Shown here: piece after piece, positions 21,668 to 35,290 of the stretch
How the letters are laid out: the number at the start of each line of letters is the position of its first letter
Position numbering within the stretch: position 1 is the stretch's first letter
Source: Pristiophorus japonicus
Taxonomy: Eukaryota
Assembly (NCBI RefSeq): GCF_044704955.1
Contig: NC_091992.1
Coordinates: 63,674,001 to 63,738,000, forward strand
Direction: 5' to 3'
DNA length: 64,000 nt
Notes under the pieces: generated by a model
Told to the model about the DNA's origin: nothing
The model's database searches: none
What the model saw: only the letters and a program-made list of their open reading frames with translations
Made by a program: the position numbers and the translations under genes

Positions 21668-24397
21668 AATGGTGGGGCTTTGGAGGCGTGGCCTAATCAG
21701 TTGGAGCCTGGCTGCTGAGAGAGAAGGAGCTACCTGCTTTGCTCCTGTCTAGAGGGCCTGGAGTGAGCCCTGAGAACAGCCCAGGAATAGGAGGAGAGGG
21801 CCAGGCTTACTACAACTCAACCTCTGGAGGGAGAGGTGGAGAGCTGAACAATTATCATTTATTACAACTACAGAGAGTTGGAGAGAGGGGGAAAGAACAA
21901 CCTGAGGAAACACCATCCAGTGTGGAAGGAGGGAGAGTCATTTCCACATCTTCGACAGGTGGGTGTGTTTTGGTGCATTCCCCAATAGACTTTGTGGTAT
22001 CGGTGGGGGGAGGAAAGAAAATAACTTGAGGGCCGGAACATCGCGGGGGTTGTGTGTGTGTGGAAGTGTGTGTGGGGGTCTTGCTTACAGCTAGGCCCCA
22101 CACACCACTGAAGCGCCCCTCCCCCATTGCCTAGCCTGGGATAGCTGGAGCTACCTGGATGAAGAATCTTTAATCACCCTTTAAACATCGTTGGGAGTGT
22201 GTGCCTGGGTGGCTCCAGCTACCCCAGGTGAAGATATCTTCTCCCCCCATCCGAAGACCACTCTACAAAGACTGTGTTTTTTTGCCATCTGGGGAGTGCA
22301 CCCCAAGAAACACCCACCCACCGTTGTGAGGGGAGACCTGCCCTCGCAGCTTCCCTCCTTCCCAACCCCTCACTCTATCTCTCTCTCTCTGTCTCTCCCC
22401 TCTCTCTCTGAGAGCCCTTTGCTCCTAATTTCTTTAAAAAAAAAGAAAACAATCAAGACAACTGAGCAGAGGGAGCAAGGCCCCTCCCCAATTGCCAACT
22501 AGGGGAGAAGTGTGCCTCTTTCAGAGCTCCTCTGCTCAAACATTCAAACGAGGCCAATTTAAGACCATTAAGGCCTGTGACTTTGGGGTGGGTGTAGCCC
22601 TTAAAGGGACCCCGTGATGGCGACCCCATCCACGCCGGTGGCAGGGCCAGCTAAGACTTATGCGCAGGCGGCATCCACATCCACGGCGCCTCCTGCGCCT
22701 CCTGCTGCCCTGCCACCATTCAGACTAATTACCAAGAAACACGGGGTCAAGAGCTACACTCACCCCACAATGAGCATTGAGGAGTGCGTGCGGGCGATGG
22801 CTGGGGTAGTCGGCCCGTCGGCCATTGTCGCAGCCTCCAAGATGTCTGGGAAGGCTGTATTCTTCCTGGGGTCGGAGCGAGCGGTGTCCCTGGCCATTGA
22901 AAAGGGGCTCACGGTGGGCGGGGCGTTCCTGCCGGTGGACCCTCTCAAGGCCACCGCGCAGAAGGTCATTCTATCGAACGTCCCGCCCTTTGTTCCCGCT
23001 GAGCTCCTCCTCCCTCACCTACACCAACTGGGAGAGGTAAGGTCGGGGATCAACCCCATACCGCTCGGCCTCAGGGAGAACAGCCTGCACCATGTGTTCT
23101 CCTTCCGCCGCCAGCTCTTTGTCGGGCTGGCGCGGGAGGAGACAACAGAGGGCAATTTTAATGTGGTGCACGAGGGGACTGCCTACCGCGTCTGCTGGAC
23201 GTCGGACGGCGTGCGGTGCCATGCCTGCAGGGAGGTGGGGCACGTTCGCAAGCCAAACCACCAAAGGCGGCCAAGGCTGGCGCTGCTGCCACCCCTCCCC
23301 CTAGTTGCGTCCGCGTGCCGGGAGCCGTAGGTGCGCGGGCATCGTCGGAGGCCTTTGTTTTCACGGCATCCGGCGGGGGGGAGGGAGAGCGTCTGACCGG
23401 AAAGAAGGCGCGGAAGAAGACGATCCATCTAGAGGCGGGTCCCCTCGGTGCGCCAGACAATCTGTTTACCGCGCTCGGCCCAACCCCGTCACCGGCGAGC
23501 GCGGGGTGCCCTGAGCCCGTGCCCGAGCCCTTGACCAATATCGCAGAGGGGCTCGGGCGCGGGCAAGAAAAGAAAAAGGGGTGGGTGGAGCGGGAGGCCT
23601 CGGCAGACATGGAGGTCTCCCTGCCTCCGTGCACCCCCAGGAACAAAAGGAGGCGCCGCTCCAATGAGGCGGAGGGGGAACAACATCCCTCCGCGGAGGA
23701 GTCGGTGCCCGCCGCGTGTCCCGCGTCCCCCACCTGCGCCCCCAAATTGCGCTGTAGGCGCGAGGAATCTGTCCCCGGGGAGGGTGAGACAGTCGAGGCT
23801 GTCCAGCCTCTGCCCCCCGGGGATGGCGTGGAAGATCTGCCTGTCATGGGGGGTGTGGGGCAGGCGGAGGAATGCATTGCCGCCGGGCCGAGCGTCCCGG
23901 GGACTGAGGCGGGCGGGGCCGAAAAGCCCGAACCTGAGCACGCCCAGCTATTAACCAACTTCCCCTGGGAGTCGCTTGACCCGGCAGAAACCGAAATTAT
24001 GAATAATTTTAAAGATTCTGTACACGCTGGGCCAGGGGGTGGCGGCGGGGAGGGGGAAGAACAACAACCCTCGCCCCCTACTTTGGAGCTGGGGTACTTG
24101 GTGGACCTGGAACATTACTTTGACCAGGTCTCTCCGTGTTCCCCGGTTCCTGGGCCGGAGGAGGAACCCCTTCTGCTGTCGCTTCCCGACCCAGCACCAA
24201 TTTTAAAAGAGCGCAGTGGGGACTCCTCTGCCGACGATCCTGGGGGTGGGATTGGGGCAGAGCCAGGGCCAGATGGAGCGGCCGGGCCGTTTGCCGTACA
24301 TCGTGCGGTCGACAGGCCGGCTGCTGGCGGCGACCTCCCGGAGGAGGACGGGGACTCGGTGGAGGACGCGGGTGAAGATCTCGAGTCCATCGCCAGT
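21668..24397 (+). mobile_element. second Tx1-clade element: 5'UTR and ORF1 (ATG 22617), 3' part missing
   Basis: KTYAQAA, KHGVK, SIEECVRAMAGVVGPSAIVAASKM, KVILSNVPPF, SFRRQ, zinc knuckle CHACREVGH (frameshifted) and acidic/Pro-rich tail typical of Tx1 ORF1. Confidence 0.88.
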
Positions 24398-26458
24398 GCT
24401 GCGTTTTACAATGCCCTACGCGGTGTCTGAGGTTTTCGTTGTTTTGCAAGTTATTTTTTTACGTTTTCGTGTTTTTTCCAAAGTTTCTCATGTTGCCTAT
24501 GGGTTATGCTGCATTTTACAATGATCTACGCTGTTTGAGTTTTTCGTTGTTTTTTGAGTTATTTTTTTTCTTTTTGGAGTTTTTCGAAGTTTCTAATGGT
24601 GCATATGGGTGGTGCTGCGTTTTACAATGACCGGCGCTGTTTCTGCGGTTTTCGTTGTTTTTCGAGTTATTTTTCTTTTTTCAGTTTTTGGATGCTTCTC
24701 ATGGTGCATATTGGTGTGCTGCATTTCAAACGGCCCTACGCTTTTTCTGATGTTTTTGTTGTTTTTCGAGTTATCTTTTTACTTTTGAGTTTTTAAAAGT
24801 TTCTCATGGTGTATATGGGTTGTGCTGCGTTTCACACTGCCCTACACTGTTTGAGGTTTTCGTTGTTTTGCGAGTTATTTCAAAACCTTTCTGTTGTTTT
24901 TCGCAGTTTCTCTTGGTGCATATGGATTCTGCGGAGTTTTGCAACGAGGTTGTTTGAGGATTTCATTGTTTTCTGTTATTTTTTTAGTTTATTTGTGTCT
25001 TTTGAAGTATCTCATGGTGTATATGGGTTCTGCTGCGTTTTACACTGCACTATGCTGTATCTGAGGTTTTCGTTGTTTTTCGAGTTTTTTAAAAACGTTT
25101 TTGAGTTTTTCGAGCTTTGTCATGGTGCCTATGAGTTGTGCTGCATTATTACAATGCCCTACACTGTTTCTGATGTTTTCCGAGTTTTTAAATTATGTTT
25201 TTGAGTTTTTCGAACTTTGTCATGGTGCCTATGGGTTGTGCTGCATTTTACAATGCACTACGCTGTTTCTGATGTTTTCGTTGTTTTTCGAGTTTTTTTT
25301 TGAGTTTTTTGAAGTTTCTCATGGTGCCTATCGGTTGTGCTGCGTTTCACACCGCCCTACGCTATTTCTGAGGTTTTCGTTGTTTTGCGAGTTATTTCAA
25401 AACCTTTTTGTTTTTCGTAATTTCTCGGTGCATATGGATTCTGCTGAGTTTTACAATGAACTACACTGTTTCTGAGGTTTTCGTTTTTCGTTATTTTTTA
25501 ATTTTTAAAAAAGTTTTTGAAGTTTCTCATGGTGTATATGGGTTGTTCTGCGTTTCGAATTGCCCTTCGCTGTTTCTCAGGTTTTTGTTGTTTTTCCAGT
25601 TATTTTTTTTCGTTTTGAGTTTTTCAAAGTTTCTCATGTAGTATATGTGTTGTGTTGCATTTTACAATGCCCTACGCTGTTTCTGATGTTTTCGTTGTTT
25701 TTCGAGTTTTTAAATGTTTTTTTGAGTTTTTTGAAGTTTCTCATGGTGCCTATCGGTTGTGCTGCGTTTCACACTGCCCTACGCTATTTCTGAGGTTTTC
25801 GTTGTTTTGCGAGTTATTTCAAAACCTTTTTGTTTTTCGCAATTTCTCTTGGTGCATATGAATTCTGCTGAGTTTTACAATGATCTGCGCTGTTTCTGAG
25901 GTTTTCGTTGTTTTGCGAGTTATTTCAAAACCTTTCTGTTGTTTTTCGCAGTTTCTCTTGGTGCATATGGATTCTGCGGAGTTTTGCAACGAGGTTTGAG
26001 GTTTTCATTGTTTTCTGTTATTTTTTTTAGTTTTTTTGTGTCTTTTGAAGTATCTCATGGTGTATATGGATTCTGCTGCGTTTTACACTGCACTATGCTG
26101 TATCTGAGGTTTTCGTTGTTTTTCGAGTTTTTTTTAAACGTTTTTGAGTTTTTCGAACTTTGTCATGGTGCCTATGGGTTGTGCTGCATTATTACAATGC
26201 CCTACACTGTTTCTGATGTTTTCCGAGTTTTTAAATTATGTTTTTGAGTTTTTTGAACTTTGTCATGGTGCCTATGGGTTGTGCTGCATTTTACAATGCC
26301 CTACGCTGTTTCTGATGTTTTCGTTGTGTTTCGAGTTTTTAAATGTTTTTTTGAGTTTTTTGAAGTTTCTCATGGTGCCTATCGGTTGTGCTGCGTTTCA
26401 CACTGCCCTACGCTATTTCTGAGGTTTTCGTTGTTTTGCGAGTTATTTCAAAACCTTC
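24398..26458. repeat. satellite array, ~20 monomers of ~105 bp
   Basis: recurring gctgc(a/g)ttttacaatgccctacgctgtttctga..ttttcgttgtttttcgagt..ctcatggtg; very T-rich on plus strand; HOR ~1045 bp. Confidence 0.95.
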
Positions 26459-27159
26459 CCTAAAATTAAGTGCAGCCCTTGTTGCGCTTGCTATATACTG
26501 ACTAAAAAAATTCTCCTGAATGCATTTTAGGAATTCTGCATCCTCACACTAATTTTATCCCAGTTAATAGGGTAGTTGAAATCCCCTACTATTACTGCCC
26601 TATAGTTTTTGCACTTCTCAGAAATTTGCCTACATATTTGCTTTTCTATTTCCCTCTGTGTGTAATATTGGAGCAGAGCCAGCCACTCCAGCATCAACCA
26701 ATTTTACATTGTTGTTGCGTCTGCCTCATGTTTTGGGGTGTGGTCACTGCTGGTTTCAGAACATCACCTGCTCCATGGCAACAACATGTTCTGGTAGTTT
26801 AACAGCTCAATAGGAAGACAAATGCTTTTGGCACTCATTTTTTGGTAATTTGTGGAGTGGCTGGTAGTGGAAGGGATGGGAGTTCACAAGATAATGGTGA
26901 GCCGTGGGTGGGGCCAGTGCCTGAGCCTTCAACTCCAACTTGTGTTTGTATAGCGCCTTTAAAATGGGGAGCATGGTAAAGCAATGAGTAAGGAGAACCA
27001 ATACTGGGCCAAAGGGCACATATCAGGATGGGCGGCTTAAAGCATTATCAGAGATGTTTTTTAAAAAAGGTTTAGGGAGTTCCAAATAGGATTAAGACAG
27101 TGAAGACTGTCACTCACTTTCATGAGTTCAGGATCTTCCAAATCACTTCGCAGCCGATG

Positions 27160-27440
27160 ACATATAGTTACTGTTGTAATGCAGGGAAATGTGGTGGTTA
27201 AATCGCACAGCAAGGTCTCATAATATTGAGATGAATATTTTATATTTTATGGTGGATAAATATTGGCCAGGACATAGTGCTCTTCAAATAGTGCCGTGGG
27301 ATATTTTACCTCCACCCAATAGTGCCGTACCCCCTGAGTATTGCACGTAACTATCAGCCTGGATTATCAACTCAAGGAGAGAGGCATGAACCCATGACCT
27401 TCCGACTCAGAGACAAGAGTGATGTCACTGAGCCACAGAC
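27160..27440 (-). mobile_element. degenerate DeuSINE
   Basis: reverse-complement similarity to 2330-2690 (aaatagtgccgtgggatattttacctccacc; cactgagcca). Confidence 0.6.
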
Positions 27441-28149
27441 TTCCACAAAGACGTGCTCTGAATCTTCTACTGTTTATAATATTTGTGAATGATGTTGGAC
27501 ACGGTGCCTGTAGTATTAATAATTTTGCTGTGGGCAGATAGTCTTACTTTCTTCTCCGCTCTCCTTGGCCTAATCACCGCAGCATAGTTGAAATCAGGCC
27601 ATGTGCTTGCTGAGTGAAGCTTCCCAGCGACAAAGGAATATCTCCAAAGTAAAGGAGAGCCAAAACGGAGGTCAATATCAATGGAACTAATTGTTAAAGT
27701 TGAGAGCATTAGTTTAGATGACCAATTTCCTGGTCACTGTTTATCCCTCAACCAGCGTCACAAACAGATTATCTGGTCATTATTGCATTGCTGTTTGTGG
27801 GAGCTTGCTGTACGCAAATTGGCTGTCGCATTTCCTACATTACAACAACGAGTACACTTCAAAAAGTACTTCATTGGCTGTAAAGTGCTCTGGGATGTCT
27901 ACAGGTCATGAAAGGCGCTTATAGAAATGCAAGTCTTTCTTTTAATTTGGCTGGAATTGTTAGATTCAGTTGGGACACCAATGCATTGTTCAAGAATGTG
28001 TATACTGTTCTGATTAACCGAGAAACCACTCCATAATTCCTGTCTATTTGCATTCATTTTGTTTGTAAAATTTGCTGTAGTGAAATATGGGGGATGTAAA
28101 TGTTAAGAAGCAGTTTGATTTTCATATAGCGTCCCTGGATTGATTATCG

Positions 28150-30770
28150 AAGACCGTAAGAATTAGGAGCAGGAGTAGGCCATTCGGCCCCTTGAGCCTG
28201 CTCCACTATTCAATGAGATCATGGCTGATCTTCGACCTCAACTCCACTTTCCTGCACTGTCCCCATATCCCTTGATTCCCCTAATATCCAAAAGTCCAGC
28301 GATCTCTGTCTTGAATATACTCAAAGACTGAGCCTCCACAGCCCTCTGGGGCAGAGAATTCCAAAGATTCACCACCCTCTGAGTGAAGACATTTTTCCTC
28401 ATAAATAGCAGGAGCAGGCCATTTGGCCCTTCAAACGTGCTCCGTCATTCAGTAAGATCATGGGCTCAGCTCCACTTCCTTGCCCTCTCCCCATAACCCT
28501 TTATCACTCAAAAATCTGTCTATCTCTACCTTAAATATATTCAATGACCCAGCTCTCTGGGGCAGAGAATTCCACAGATTTACTGAGAGAAGAAATTCCT
28601 CCTAATTTCACTTTTAAATGGGTGATCCCTTATTCTGAGACTATGCCCCCTAGTTCTAGATTTCCCCCGAGAGTGGAAACATCCTCTCTGCATCTATCTT
28701 GTCGAGCTCCCTCATTATCTTGTATGTTTCAATAAGATCTCTCATTCTTCTGAAGCCCAATGAGTATAGGCCCAACCTACCTTCATAAGTCAACCTCTTC
28801 ATAAGAATTAACCGAGTGAACCTTCTGAACTGCGTCCAATGCAAGTATATCCTTCCTTAAATACAGAGACCAAAACTGTAAGCAGTATTCCAGGTGTGGC
28901 CTCACCAATACCCTGTACAGTTGTAGCAGGACTTCTCTGCTTTTATGCGCCATCCCAATTGCAATAAAGGCCAACATTCCATTTGCCTTCTGATCACTTG
29001 CTGTATCTGCATACAAACTTTTTGTGTTTCATGCACAAGGACCCCCAGGTCCCTCTGTACTGCAGCATTTTGTAATTTTTCTCCATTTAAATAATAATTA
29101 GCTTTTTAATTTTTTTTGCCAAAATGGATAACCTCACACTTTACAAAATTATACTCCATCTGCCAGATTTTTGCCCACCTGTCTATATCCCGTTTCAGAT
29201 TTTGTGTGTCCTCCTCACAACTTGCTTTCCCACCCATCTTTACATCATCAGCAAACTTGGCTACATTAGACTCAGTCCTGAATGGCCGACCCCTTATTCT
29301 GATAGTGACCCTTGGTTGTAGACTCCCCAGCCAGAGGAAACATCCTCCCTGCATCTACCCATCAAGCCCTGTAAGAATTTTGTATCTTTCAATGAGATCA
29401 CCTCTCATTCTTTAAATCTCTAAAGAATATAGGGCCTGGTCTACTCAATCTCTCCTCATAGGACAATCCCCCCCCCCCCCCCCCCCCCATCCAAGGAATC
29501 AGTCTGGTGAACCTTCGTGGCACTCTCTCAATAGCAAGAACATCCTTCCTCAGATTTGGAGACCAAAACTGCACACAATACTCCAGGTGTGGTCTCACCA
29601 AGGCCCTGTATAACTGCAGTAAGACCTCCCTGCTCCTATACTCAAATCCCCTAGCTATGAAGGCCAACATACCATTTGCTTTTTTTAAACTGCATGCCTA
29701 CCTTCAATGACTGATGTACCATGACAACCAGGTCTCACTGCACCTCCTCTTTTATACTCTTGTATGCAAATCTCTTGTAATAAAGGCCAACATACCATTT
29801 GCTTTCTTAATTGCTTGCTGTACCTACATGTTAACTTTCAGGTGATTTGTGTACAAGGGCACCCAGGTCCCTCTGAACACCAACATTTCCCAATCTGTCA
29901 CCATGTAAAAAATACTCTGCTTCTATTTTTTCCTACCAAAGTGGATAACTTCACATTTCTCCACATTATATTCCATTTGCCATGCTCTTGCCCACTCACT
30001 TAGCCTGTCAATATCCTCTTAAAGCCTCATTGCATCCGCCTCACAACTGACATTCCCACCTAGCTTTGTATCATCAGCAAACTTGGATATATTATACTCG
30101 GTCCCCCCCCATCCAAATCATTGATAAAGATTGTGAATAGCTAGGGCCCAAGCACTGATCCTTATAGTACCCCACTAGTTATTTCCTGCCAACTTGAAAA
30201 TGACACGTTTATTCCTACTCTCTGTTTTCTGTCCCGTTAACCAATCCTCCATCCATGCTAGTATATTATCCCCAATCCCATGAGTCCTAATTTTGTTCAA
30301 TAACCTCTTGTGTTGGTACCTTATTGAATACTTTCTGAAAATCCACACCCACTGGTTCCCCCTTATCTATTCTGCTAGTTACAACCTCAAAACACTGAAC
30401 AGATTTGACAAACATGATTTCCCTTTCATAAATCTGTGTTGACTCTGCCCAGTCCTATTATTTTCTAAGTGCTCTGTAACCACGTCCTTAATAGATTCTA
30501 GCACTTACCCTACTATGGATGTCAGGCTAACTGGTCTGTAGTTCAGTTTTCTCTCTCCCTCCTTTCTTAAATAGCGGGATTACATTTGCTACCTTCCAAA
30601 CCATGGGAACCGTTTTAGAATCTATGGATTCTCTATAGCCACCTCTTTCGAAACTCTAGGATGCAGCCCATCGGGTCCATCGGATTTATTGGATTGCAGT
30701 CCCATTAATTTCTCCGGTACTTTTTTTTTTACAATACCAACTTATTTCAGTTCCTCATTCTCACTAGATC
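28150..30770 (-). mobile_element. cluster of CR1 ORF2 fragments
   Basis: several overlapping RT/C-terminal fragments (KANGMLAFIA, LVRPHLEYC, FADD) and tails. Confidence 0.85.
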
Positions 30771-30942
30771 CTACAGGGTTTACAAATCACGACAAGTCAA
30801 AGTACATTAGTATTTCCCATTTAATTCTTTCCACCTTCATCATGTGCCTTAGTACTTGTGATCTTTTTATTGAACAATCTCACTGGGGAAAAAAAATCAA
30901 GTACTTCCCATTGGGAGTATAGAGAGATATATAACAAAACTC

Positions 30943-30948
30943 TTTATT
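30943..30948 (-). terminator. probable RPAIN polyadenylation signal (AATAAA)
   Basis: tttatt on plus strand ~125 nt downstream of the RPAIN stop. Confidence 0.55.
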
Positions 30949-31071
30949 AAATTCGAGGTAGAATACAGAATGCATAAATGAAGTGCAGTGAAACAAAGCC
31001 GACATTGAGCAGACTGAAGGTCTGAGAACAGGCATGTTCGTTACTCTTGCAATGAAGCGAGCTCAGTGTAA

Positions 31072-31101
31072 CTACAGGATAACAGACAGGTAATCACAAG
31101 C
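31072..31101 (-). CDS. RPAIN: RPAIN exon 7 (last coding exon)
   Basis: ttctttcag acceptor then ACDYLSVIL-stop, completing the C-terminal CxxC with exon 6. Confidence 0.88.
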   Translation of the reverse strand, partial: ACDYLSVIL

Positions 31102-31453
31102 CTGAAAGAAGAAGAAAATGATTTTTAACACAAATTACCTTACTCGCACCAAGTCTCGTTCACCCATCACCCCTGGGTGGCGTGAGTGTACATGGAACCA
31201 GACCCGTTTTCATATGAGGGGGCCAAGGATATATCCTAGGGGGACTCGAGGTAAGAGTGTGTGGGTGGGAAGAGAAGCCCTCATAAACCTTTAACCGAAA
31301 GGGTGGGTGCATGTTCAGCTAGTGAATGAACAGCTTTGCAATTGCACTTTAATGAATCCCGTGATGGAACCGAGCATGCTGAAGTCCCATCTTTCCCCCG
31401 CAATAGCTGAAATGCTGCTACACCATGTTAGTGTAGTAAACGATCACACTCAC

Positions 31454-31588
31454 CCGACAGCTCATGAGAAGCGTGGTTTCTGCTTCGATACCATCTACCA
31501 GAGAGAAGCTTGGACAATGTGCACATTGGCCGCTATGTTCTGTGACACCATGCTCAAGAGCAGCTCGAAACTGCTGCACGCTCATCTC
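31454..31588 (-). CDS. RPAIN: RPAIN exon 6
   Basis: EMSVQQFRAALEHGVTEHSGQCAHCPSFSLVDGIEAETTLLMSCR; ag/gtgag boundaries; phase 0-0. Confidence 0.92.
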
Positions 31589-31719
31589 CTGCAAGTGAAT
31601 GGGTGGAAACTTGAAGCAACTCAATAGGCTGAAGCAACATTGGGTTCACATTACATACTCAACAGTGACTAAAGTGATTCCTCTACCTCAAGGTATGCCT
31701 TGGACACAAATAGGACAAA

Positions 31720-32495
31720 TCCAACCTGGCCACTCTACTGGCCTCCTCCCAGCCAACAGCAAAGTGATGAAAGGAATCTTCAACAGTGCTACTGAGTGGC
31801 ACTGACCCACCAATAACCTGCTCCCCGATGCCCAGGTTGGATTCCACCAAGATAACTCGGCTCCAGGCCTCATTACAGCTTTGGTTAAAACATGGACAAT
31901 TCCAGAGGCAGCATTCGATCAAGTGTGGTGCCAAGGAGCCATAGTTAAACTGGTCAATAGGGATCAGGAGAAAATCTCTCCACTGGCTGGAGTCACACCT
32001 AGCAAAAAGGAAGATGGCTACAGCTGTTGGAGACCAACAAACAACATCTCTGCAAGAGTTCCTTAGGGCAGCATCCCAGGCCCAACCATCTTTAGCTGCT
32101 ACTGCAATGACCTTCCCTCCATCACTTATGTGTGGGGCTGTTCACTGATGATTGCAGTGATCAGCTTCATTCACAATTTCTCATATAATGAAGCAGTCCG
32201 TGCCTGTGTGTAGCAAGACCTGGACAACTTCTAGGCTTGGGCTGATAATTTGGGTCACAAAAGTGGCAGGCAATGACCATCTCCAACAAGAGAGCCCAAC
32301 TACCTCCCCTTGACATGCAATGGCATTGTTGAGTCACCCATCAACATCCTGGGTGGTTGCTATTGCCCAGAAATTCAACTGGATCAGTCATATAAGTACC
32401 ATGGCTCCATGGCTACAAGAGCAGGTCACAGGTTGGGCATTCTGTGGGGAGTGGCTTACCTCCTGACTCCCCAAACCATCTCCACTTGCTGCTCC
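31720..32495 (+). mobile_element. degenerate non-LTR RT fragment (same family as 35950-36915)
   Basis: gttccttagggcagcatcccaggcccaaccatc...atcaacatcctggg similar to the 36086..36697 family. Confidence 0.65.
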
Positions 32496-32524
32496 AACAG
32501 ACAGACAGTAAGACCTTCTACAAG

Positions 32525-35290
32525 TATATTGGAGGGATTGGAAGTAATGTATTAGCATGGATAGAGGACTGGTTAACGGACAGAAAACAGAGTAGGGATA
32601 AACAAGTTTTTTTCAGGTTGGAAAACAGTGGGGTGCCGCAAGGATCGGTGCTGGGGCCTCAGCTATTTTCAATCTACATTAATGACTTCGATGAAGGGAC
32701 CGAGTGTAATGTATCTTGCTGTCGATACAAAGCTAGGTGGGACAGTAAACTGTGAGGAGAACACAAAGCATCTGCAAAGGGATATGGACAGAGTGAGTGG
32801 GCAGTAAGGTGGCAGATGGAGTATAATGTGGGGAAATGTGAGGTTATTAACTTTGGTAGGAAGAATTGAAAAAAGGAATATTTTTTTTAAAATGGTGAGA
32901 AACTTTTAAATGTTGGTGTTGAAAGAGATTTGGGTGTCCTTGTGCAAAAAACACAAAGCGAGCATGCAGGTACAGCAAGCAATAAGGAAAGCAAATGGCA
33001 TGTTGGCCTTTATTGCAAGGGGGTTGGAGTACAAGAGTAAGGAAGTCTTACTACAACTGTACAGTTTTGGTCTCCTTATCCAAGGAAGGATATACTTGCC
33101 TTGGAGGCGGTGCAATGGAGGTTCACTAGATTGATTCCTGGGATGAGAGGGCTGCCTTATGAGGAGAGATTGTGTAAAATACTTTCTGGAGTTTAGAAGA
33201 ATGAGGTGTACAAGATTCTAAGGGGGATTGACAGGGTAGATGCTGAGAGGTTGTTTCCCCTGGCTGGAGAGTCTAAAACAAGGGGGCATAGCCCCAAGAT
33301 AAGAGGTCAGCCATTTCAGACAGAGATGAGGAGGAATTTCTTCACTCAGAGGGTTGTGAATCTTTGGAATTCTCTGCCCAAGAGGGCTGCGGATGCTGAG
33401 TCTCTGAGTATATTCAAGGCTGAGATAATTTTTTCGACTTTAGGGGAAACAAGTGATATGGAAATCAGGCGGGAAAGTGGAGTTGAGGTCGAAGATCAGC
33501 CATGATCTTATTAAATGGCGGAGCAGGCTCGAGAAGCCGTATAGCCGACTCCTGCTCCTATTTCTTATGTTCTTATATAAAAAGGAAGAGAGTAGCTAAA
33601 GTAAATATTGGACCCTTAGAGGATGAGACTGGAAAATTAATAATGGGAAGCAAGGAAACGGCTGAGACTTTGAACAAATATTGTGTTATCTGTCTTCACT
33701 GTAGAAGACACTAAAAGCATCCAAATAATAGTAGAAAATCAGGGAGTAAAAGGGAGGGAGGAAATTAAAATAATCACTAGAGAAAAAGTATTAGGCAAAC
33801 TAATGGGATAAAGGTGGACAAGTCCCTTGGACCTGATGGCCTGCATCCTAGGGTCTTAAAAGAAGTGGCTGCAGAGATAGTAAATGCATTGTAATCTACC
33901 AAAATTCCCTGGACTCTGGAAAGGTCCCAGCGGATTCGAAAACTGCAAATGCAAATTCAAGAAAGGAGGCAGACAGAAAGCAGGAAACTATTAGCCCAAC
34001 ATCTGTCATTGGGAAAATGCTGGAGTCCATCATTAAGGAAGCAATAGCCGTACATTTAGAAAATTATAATGCAGTCAAGCAGAGTCAAAACGGTTTTATG
34101 AAAGGGAAATCATGTTTGACAAATTTTTGCGTTATTTAAGGATGTAACGAGCAGGGTGGATAAAGGGAAACCAATGGATGTGGATTTCCAAAAGGTATTC
34201 GATAAGGTGCCACAAGAGCTCACGGGGTTGGGGGGGTAATGGATTAGCATAGATAGAGGATTGGCTAACAGAAAGTCGGGATAAATGGGTCATTTTCAGG
34301 TTGGAAAACTAACTAGTGGGGTGCTGGGGCCTCAACTATTTACAATCTAGATCAATGACTTGGATGAAGGGATCAAGTGTATTGTAACTAAATTTGCTGA
34401 TGATACAAAGATGGGTGGGAAAGCAAGTTGTGAGGAGGGCACAAAGAGTTTGCAAAGGGATATAGACAGGCTAAGTGAGTGGGCAAACATTTGGCAGATG
34501 GAGTATAATGTGGGAAAATGGGAGGTTATCCACTTTGGTAGGAAGAATAGAAAAGCAAAATATTATTTAAGTGGAGAGGGACGACAAAATGCTGCAGTAC
34601 AGAGAGACCTGGGGGTCATCGTACATGAAACACAAAGTTAGCATGCAAGTAATTAGGAAGGCAAATGGAATGTTGGCTTTTATTGCAAGGGGGATGGAGT
34701 ATAAAAGTAGGAAAGTCTTGCTACAACTGTGAGGCCACACCTGGAGCACTGCATACAGTTTCGGTCTCCTTATTTAAGGATGGATATACTTGCATTGGAG
34801 GCAGTTCAGAAAAAGTTCACTAGGTTAATTCCTGAGACGAAGGGGTTGTCTTATGAAGAAAGGTTGAGCCGGTTGGGCCTGTACTCATGGGAGTTTGGAA
34901 GGTGATCTTATAATAACATATAAGAATCTGACAGGGCTTGGACAGGGTAGATGCTAAGAGGATGTTTCCCCTTGTGGGGGAATCTAGAACTAAGGGGCAT
35001 AGTTTCAGAATAAGGGGTCGCCCATTTGAAACAGAGATGAGAAAGAATGTTGTTTTTCAGAGGGTCGTGAATCTTTGGAATTTTCTACCCGAGAGCCGTG
35101 GAGGCTGGGTCATTGAATATATTTAAGGTGGAGATAGACAGATTTTTGAACTATAGGGTAGACAAGGGTTATGGGGAACAGGCAAGAAAGTGGAGTTGAG
35201 GCCAAGATCAGATCAACCATGATCTTATTGAATGGCGGAGTGGACTCGTGGGGCCGTATGGCCTACTCCTATTTCTTATATTCTTATGTC
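32525..35290 (+). mobile_element. two tandem CR1 ORF2 fragments
   Basis: RT motifs; 3' tails at ~33565 and ~35290. Confidence 0.85.

Noticed and set aside
24398-26463. CRISPR-like array, or Phe/Leu-rich membrane-protein ORFs
   Set aside because: No unique spacers and eukaryotic context; the ORFs are translations of a T-rich satellite
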